Assembly: GCF_032444005.1 (NCBI RefSeq)
Contig: NC_091288.1
Span: forward strand, 40,796,001-40,860,000
Source of the DNA: Ranitomeya imitator
Lineage: Eukaryota
DNA: 64,000 bases
Reading direction: 5' to 3'
Shown here: in pieces, positions 58,761-64,000 of the stretch
How the letters are laid out: every line of letters begins with the position of its first letter
How positions within the stretch are numbered: position 1 is the first letter of the stretch
Program-made: the position numbers and the translations under genes
Notes under the pieces: model-generated
What the model saw: only the letters and a program-made list of their open reading frames with translations
Databases searched by the model: none
What the model was told of the DNA's origin: nothing

Positions 58761-60374
58761 TTGTGATGTGTAGAGCCACAGAGATGAAAATCAGCCAATT
58801 ATTGCAGCAGGGAATGAACTTTCTGACTACTTCCCTGCAGGAAACTAGATGAGAAGTGCGGTAGTCAGAGGACGGCTTGTCATTTGTAAGGATGGAAATG
58901 CAATCCGTCATTGGCACTGATAGCAGCGATCTTTGGCAGCGTCGGTTGTCAGACCTCCGCTGATCGACCTTTCCTACCCGAGCGGACATCCCCTTTAAGG
59001 CATAACTTCGTAACCTGCTGAGGTTCCCTCAGTCACAGCTCCCCGCCCCTGAAAATACCTGTAAAAGAAGATGGGGGCTGTCTAGTGGCACCACTTATCT
59101 CTGGTCTTGTCCAGTGATTTAAAGGGGTCTTCTAGGGCCCTAAAGGGGGTGTCCAACATTGGGGCGATTTTATTTTTTTTTTTCTCTTACGTGCATGGAT
59201 TCGGGACTAAAAATTCTGTTTGCGATCGGGTTGCATTAAAAATGTTTTGTCTTTTCCGAGCTGTTTGTTTCCCGCACATTCAGCGTGGGTCACAAATCAG
59301 CTGAGAGGAACTCGGAACACTTACAGAATCACTGACTGACTCTCAGTTAACTCCTTCTGCAGCCAGCAATATATAGTGCAACACAGAGTTTATAGAGGGA
59401 AACATTCTATATAAAAAAAAAAACTAAAGTGTAACATTTTTAATAAAACCCCAAAAAATGAATTTTAGCCCCAAATCCATGGATTTAATAAAAATAATAC
59501 TGATGAACTATCCTTAGTTGCGGCCCACAATCCAAGGTGCAGCTGCCGGACCTACCTGGACCCCGGTGTCCTTCTGCGAGCAGGATATCCTTTACATAAT
59601 TCGGTGAACTTTGCCAACAGCGACTATGTGAATAAGACCCTAAGAGGGTTGAAACGTCATATCTTGTCGCCTCACCATTTTCTGTAGCCTTGCACCAATT
59701 CCTTATTCATGTATTGTGTTATTGCTGCATCAACACCTGTATAATAAAGTCTTCACAAGCATCTATCAAGAGTGCGGTGATAGAGTAATGTTCAATTACG
59801 GGGATTGCCATCCCGTTCACCAGCACCTCGGATCTCAGCAAGAGTGCTCGCCACACTACCCGTCTATCCTTAGGAAAGCTGCCAGGTTATGACTCCCAGG
59901 ACCCCCACCAAACTACAAATAAAAGGGGCCAGGTATGTTTTTCATTGCTTAAAGCCACAGCTCCATATACTTAGTTGTGGCTTGATCTGGTACCGCCGCA
60001 CAGTCCTGTTCAGCAGAATGACTAGCTGCAATACCAGGTGCTGCACCTTCCCAGGTAAACAATGAAACATAATGGTGCCTGGAGTCAGGTCCCTACTGAT
60101 AATATTAATGGCCTATCCTAAGGAAGTGATTCCAAAATGTGTAGCGGCCGCTAAGTACTGCAGATCAGCCCATACACTCCTGCATGCAAGCTGTTCTGCA
60201 GTATTTTCCAGCGGCTGCTACATCAGAGCCGTGCTTACATCCATAAGACCTGATGTAATGGTTATTCTGGGAGTAGTAGATATGTATAATATATACTTTA
60301 GTAACTTATATAAAATAATGAGAAATCTTCACATCCAATATCTTTTTTTTTTTTTTTTCTTTCAAGTGGAGATC

Positions 60375-60435
60375 ATGGGGGTCAAAGTTCAGCGTCCTCG
60401 GTGTTTTTTTGATATAACAATCAACAATGTACCAG
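60375..60435 (+). CDS. PPIG: PPIG coding exon 1
   Basis: [20 protein letters not shown]; acceptor at 60366, donor GTAAGT. Confidence 0.95.
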
Positions 60436-63400
60436 GTAAGTGCCTTCTCCTTTATTATTCAAGAACTACAAGTCTTTTATAATGATGGTTCCTGTTGGGT
60501 AATCTTTCTTGACCAGCCTAGGTAAAGCCATGTTTGGCATCCAGTACGTCTCTGAGGATATTTGTTAGACAAGGATGGTCTCGGAGATGACCTCTTATGA
60601 TATGTGGTGTTTGGGGTGGTCTACTGTCCTGGTTCCAATATCCCTGGTAGAGAGGGAGTCGTCGGGTATTACATGGCTGCCACCCTGAAGACTGGTCATC
60701 ATTGTAACACAAAGATGGCTCGTCTGAGTAGCTGTGCTCATGTCTGAGCAACGCGTAATTCAAAGGTACGAATGTGTGACCACTAGAGATGGGGCCCATC
60801 GATTCTTTCGGCCTGCTCAGTAATCTGAGAGCCACCTCTTACCTGTGATGCCAGGCTCCAACCAATGAAAAGAAGAGGCGCAGATGTTGGGATGCAACAG
60901 CCGGTTCTTGGGGCTTCCTTCCAGCTGTCGCAGATTACTGTCGTGGCCAATTCCACTGACCACTTCTGTTATTGACAGCGATGGTAGTGGTGGTCACACC
61001 CGCATAATGAGAGACACTGGGCCCCTGTTGTGATCGGTGCTGGTCCCAGTGTTTGGACTCCCATCGGTCATACATTGCTCTCCTTTCCTGTGTTGCATGG
61101 AAAACCCCTCTAAGGTGGGCATAAATAAGAGACAACTTGGCTGTATCAGCACCGGCGTTGGGTGAGGCTTTCAGAAGAGCCATGAGGGCGTACGTACGGC
61201 CGCCCCTTGCCCCAGTTACTTGTTTGGACCCAGAGGTCTGCCATAGAGGTGAATGGGGGGCTTGTTCTGTGTGAATGAGGAACGATACTGCCTGTTGGTA
61301 TGAGTGACCATGTATAACAGTACTGACTGCTCCTCTGTCTTCCCTCACAGCTGGAAGAGTTGTCTTCGAACTGTTTACAGACGTCTGTCCAAAAACGTGT
61401 GAAAATTTCCGATGTCTTTGCACAGGTCAGTGGATGCATCTTTGTATAAGAAGGGGCCCAGGATCCACTGCTGAGCTGCATTACTGTAATCCCAATGTTT
61501 CCCTAAAACTGTATTCCTCTTTACTCTTCATCAACAACTTCTGAGGACGAGACCAAAGTAGTATGTCGGAGTTTTACCATGACCCATGGCTGACTGTACG
61601 TTGCTGTGCACCCGTCTCATAAAGGGAGTATTCCTATCTCAGGCATTTATGGCCGGTGCAAGCTATTTTCCAAACTTTCACAGAAGTCTTTGGAAGGAAC
61701 CTTGACTATGCGGCCACCACTGTAATTACAATTGGCCACGAGATTGGAATCCCCATTCTCAAGGAACCCGCACATATCGGACGTTTATGGCGACTCCTAA
61801 GACGTTGAGTGTTTTAATCTTGCTTTACCTGAAGGGTAAAATACGCCGTAGACATCTTTCCCACATTGTCCTACAGTCAAAACATTAAAATGCCGTGATT
61901 TTATGTTAAATCCGTGTCTTCAACTCTTTCCTAGGTGAAAAGGGCATTGGGAAAACCACCCAGAAGCCCCTGTACTACAAGAGCTGCTTGTTTCACAGAG
62001 TGGTGAAGGATTTCATGATCCAGGGGGGAGACTTTACTGAAGGTAAACTTCTCTAAACTTTTCTCCATTTATTGGGGTCCTGTTTAAACTTTTCATTATA
62101 CTGAGCACAATTTTTCCCTTCAGGCAATGGACGAGGCGGAGAGTCTATATATGGAGGCTTTTTTGAAGGTATGTAAGAAACCCCCTGTGTAGTCTGCTCC
62201 TGCAATCACCTGTTGCTGCTTTTCACTCTTTTCTTGCTAATATATTTTTCCTCCAGACGAGAACTTCACCGTTCAGCACACCAAGGAGTTCTTGCTGTCC
62301 ATGGCCAATAGAGGCAAAGATACTAATGGTTCACAGTTTTTCATGTAAGTAGTTACTGATCAAGCCCACCGGCAAGCATGTACAGACCAGGACTGGGCAA
62401 GTCAAACCTCCGACTCCACCAAAATGGACACCGACTCCACAGCCCTGGTGCAGACTTGGCATAATCGGCAGTTCTCCCCTCCAGGTTTTAGAGGACAAAC
62501 CCTTTAATGGGCAGTAGGACATCGGCAGACTGTCTGTCTTATTTGGGCACTTACACATTACATATGGGCCTGCAGACTTAGGACGTGCCTCGTTAGTCAG
62601 AGCAAATAATTGTTGCAAAGAGTCACTTATATAATGGGTAAGTCATGTCCGTTGGAGAAGATGAGTAAAACTTTTTTCAGGACCCTGGTCTAGTGGCCAC
62701 ATGAGTTGGCCTTGGCTTCCAGATGGGGATCCCTGCAACCTTCATCCTACCTGCCAGGATCCCTGCAACCTTCCTCCTGCCTGCCGGGATCGCCAATGCT
62801 TCTTCTCATTAGTAGGTCCAACGCAACATCATGTTCACATCACGCCCCAACAATGATGTCACACCAGGCGCACACACATCAGAAGAAGATGCCGGCTGAT
62901 AGGATGTGGTTTGCATCGCTCCTGTCAAAATAATGTGACCGCTGGACCAAGGTCCTGCAGATCGAATCACTCATCGCTATTAACCCTGTATTATGTGGTC
63001 ACCTCTACAATAAAGTAATACCAGATCACTTCTGTAGATGCAGCTGCGGCCAAAGCCCTGTCCTCAGGACACACTATGCAAATAATAATCAGTTATGGGA
63101 CTTTTGTTATCTGCAAATTGTTAATGAAAACGATTAAAAAAAATATTTTCTAATATCATATGATTGTATTTATCTTGATTGTTTGTTTTTTCTTTCTCTT
63201 TTCGGTGTACTCCTCCCTATCAGAACAACAAAGCCAACTCCTCATCTGGACGGGTAACTAGTTTTGCATTTTGCTTCTACTACACAGCGTGTTGTCTTCT
63301 CTCTAAACTTGGCAACTGACTTCTGTCATTTTTTTTTCCTTAGTCTTCATGTTGTTTTTGGACAATTAATATCTGGACAGGATGTGGTAAGAGAGATTGA

Positions 63401-63489
63401 AAATCAGAAAACAGATGCTTCCAGCAAGCCATCAACGGAAGTCAGGATCCAGAATTGTGGAGAACTCGTCCATGTTCAGAAGTCAAAAT
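60375..63489 (+). CDS. PPIG: Peptidyl-prolyl cis-trans isomerase G (cyclophilin G), 5' partial, 7 coding exons; gene continues beyond window
   Basis: Exons 60375-60435, 61351-61425, 61935-62042, 62124-62168, 62257-62344, 63224-63253, 63344-63489 translate to [49 protein letters not shown]...[15 protein letters not shown]...[19 protein letters not shown]...HLDGLHVVFGQ, a cyclophilin domain with the PPIG-type N-terminus. Confidence 0.96.
61351..61425 (+). CDS. PPIG: PPIG coding exon 2
   Basis: [24 protein letters not shown]. Confidence 0.95.
61935..62042 (+). CDS. PPIG: PPIG coding exon 3
   Basis: [35 protein letters not shown]. Confidence 0.95.
62124..62168 (+). CDS. PPIG: PPIG coding exon 4
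   Basis: [14 protein letters not shown]. Confidence 0.95.
62257..62344 (+). CDS. PPIG: PPIG coding exon 5
   Basis: [28 protein letters not shown]. Confidence 0.95.
63224..63253 (+). CDS. PPIG: PPIG coding exon 6 (30 nt)
   Basis: TTKPTPHLD. Confidence 0.92.
63344..63489 (+). CDS. PPIG: PPIG coding exon 7
   Basis: [29 protein letters not shown]...NCGELV. Confidence 0.94.
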
Positions 63490-64000
63490 GTGAGAATGTA
63501 TAATTATTATCCGCATTAACGGGATTCACACTGCGGAGTGTTTGGTTCCCAGATATCTTAAGACACTGTGATAAAGTTTGCATTATGTGCGGATTCTCAT
63601 AAGGATCGTCCAGAAAATAAATCCTAAACTGGCCCATCGGATACAACACTACTTGTCTAGAAGCATTGTTAGTACGGAACTCTTTTTGGATTGGATTAGT
63701 GCCCAAAAGTGTCATTTTTCAAGTAAAGTGGTTGCCCAGTAAAAACAAGTCGTCACTTATCCACAGGTGATAACTTATTGATCAGTGGTTCCGAATGCTG
63801 GAATCTGCACCGATTAGCAGAATGGGGAACTTTTTTCTTTGTTAGACTGGTGCTGACCACCGCTACTTTAATTTCCTATAGGGGCTCCTGAGGGCTACCC
63901 AATCCAATAGACAATGAATAAAGTGCTGGTCATCAGATACCCAACTTCCATTTTGTAGCTAGGATAAAGTTGTACTGTCGGGGTTCTGCAAATCGGTGCC

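Noticed and set aside
60518-61481. ORFs in PPIG intron 2 on the minus strand
   Set aside because: No recognisable domain; probably decayed repeat sequence

Overview
Vertebrate, intron-rich genomic DNA, most likely from a frog (inferred from the DIRS, Tc1, TTAA-flanked and MITE repeat content). The gene order matches the known tetrapod FASTKD1-PPIG head-to-head locus, with one unexpected feature: two tandem FASTKD1-family genes on the minus strand. Copy A (33257-55805) has 14 coding exons, 833 aa and a complete RAP-domain C-terminus, and shares a CpG-rich divergent promoter with PPIG. Copy B (first ATG 30488, running off the left edge) has 12 coding exons in the window. All are open, have GT-AG sites and match copy A's intron phases, yet three exons counted by hand are only 39-67% identical to A at protein level. 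PPIG (cyclophilin G) coding exons 1-7 lie on the plus strand from 60375. The introns hold a near full-length DIRS retrotransposon, an internally deleted DIRS, three IR/DR or remnant Tc1 elements plus a Tc1 5' fragment, three large non-autonomous piggyBac-like elements carrying ~390-bp satellite units and telomere-like tracts, many MITEs, two minisatellites, and a perfect 294-bp palindrome containing a hammerhead-ribozyme-like core on both strands. All alignments and translations were done by eye; no database searches were run.
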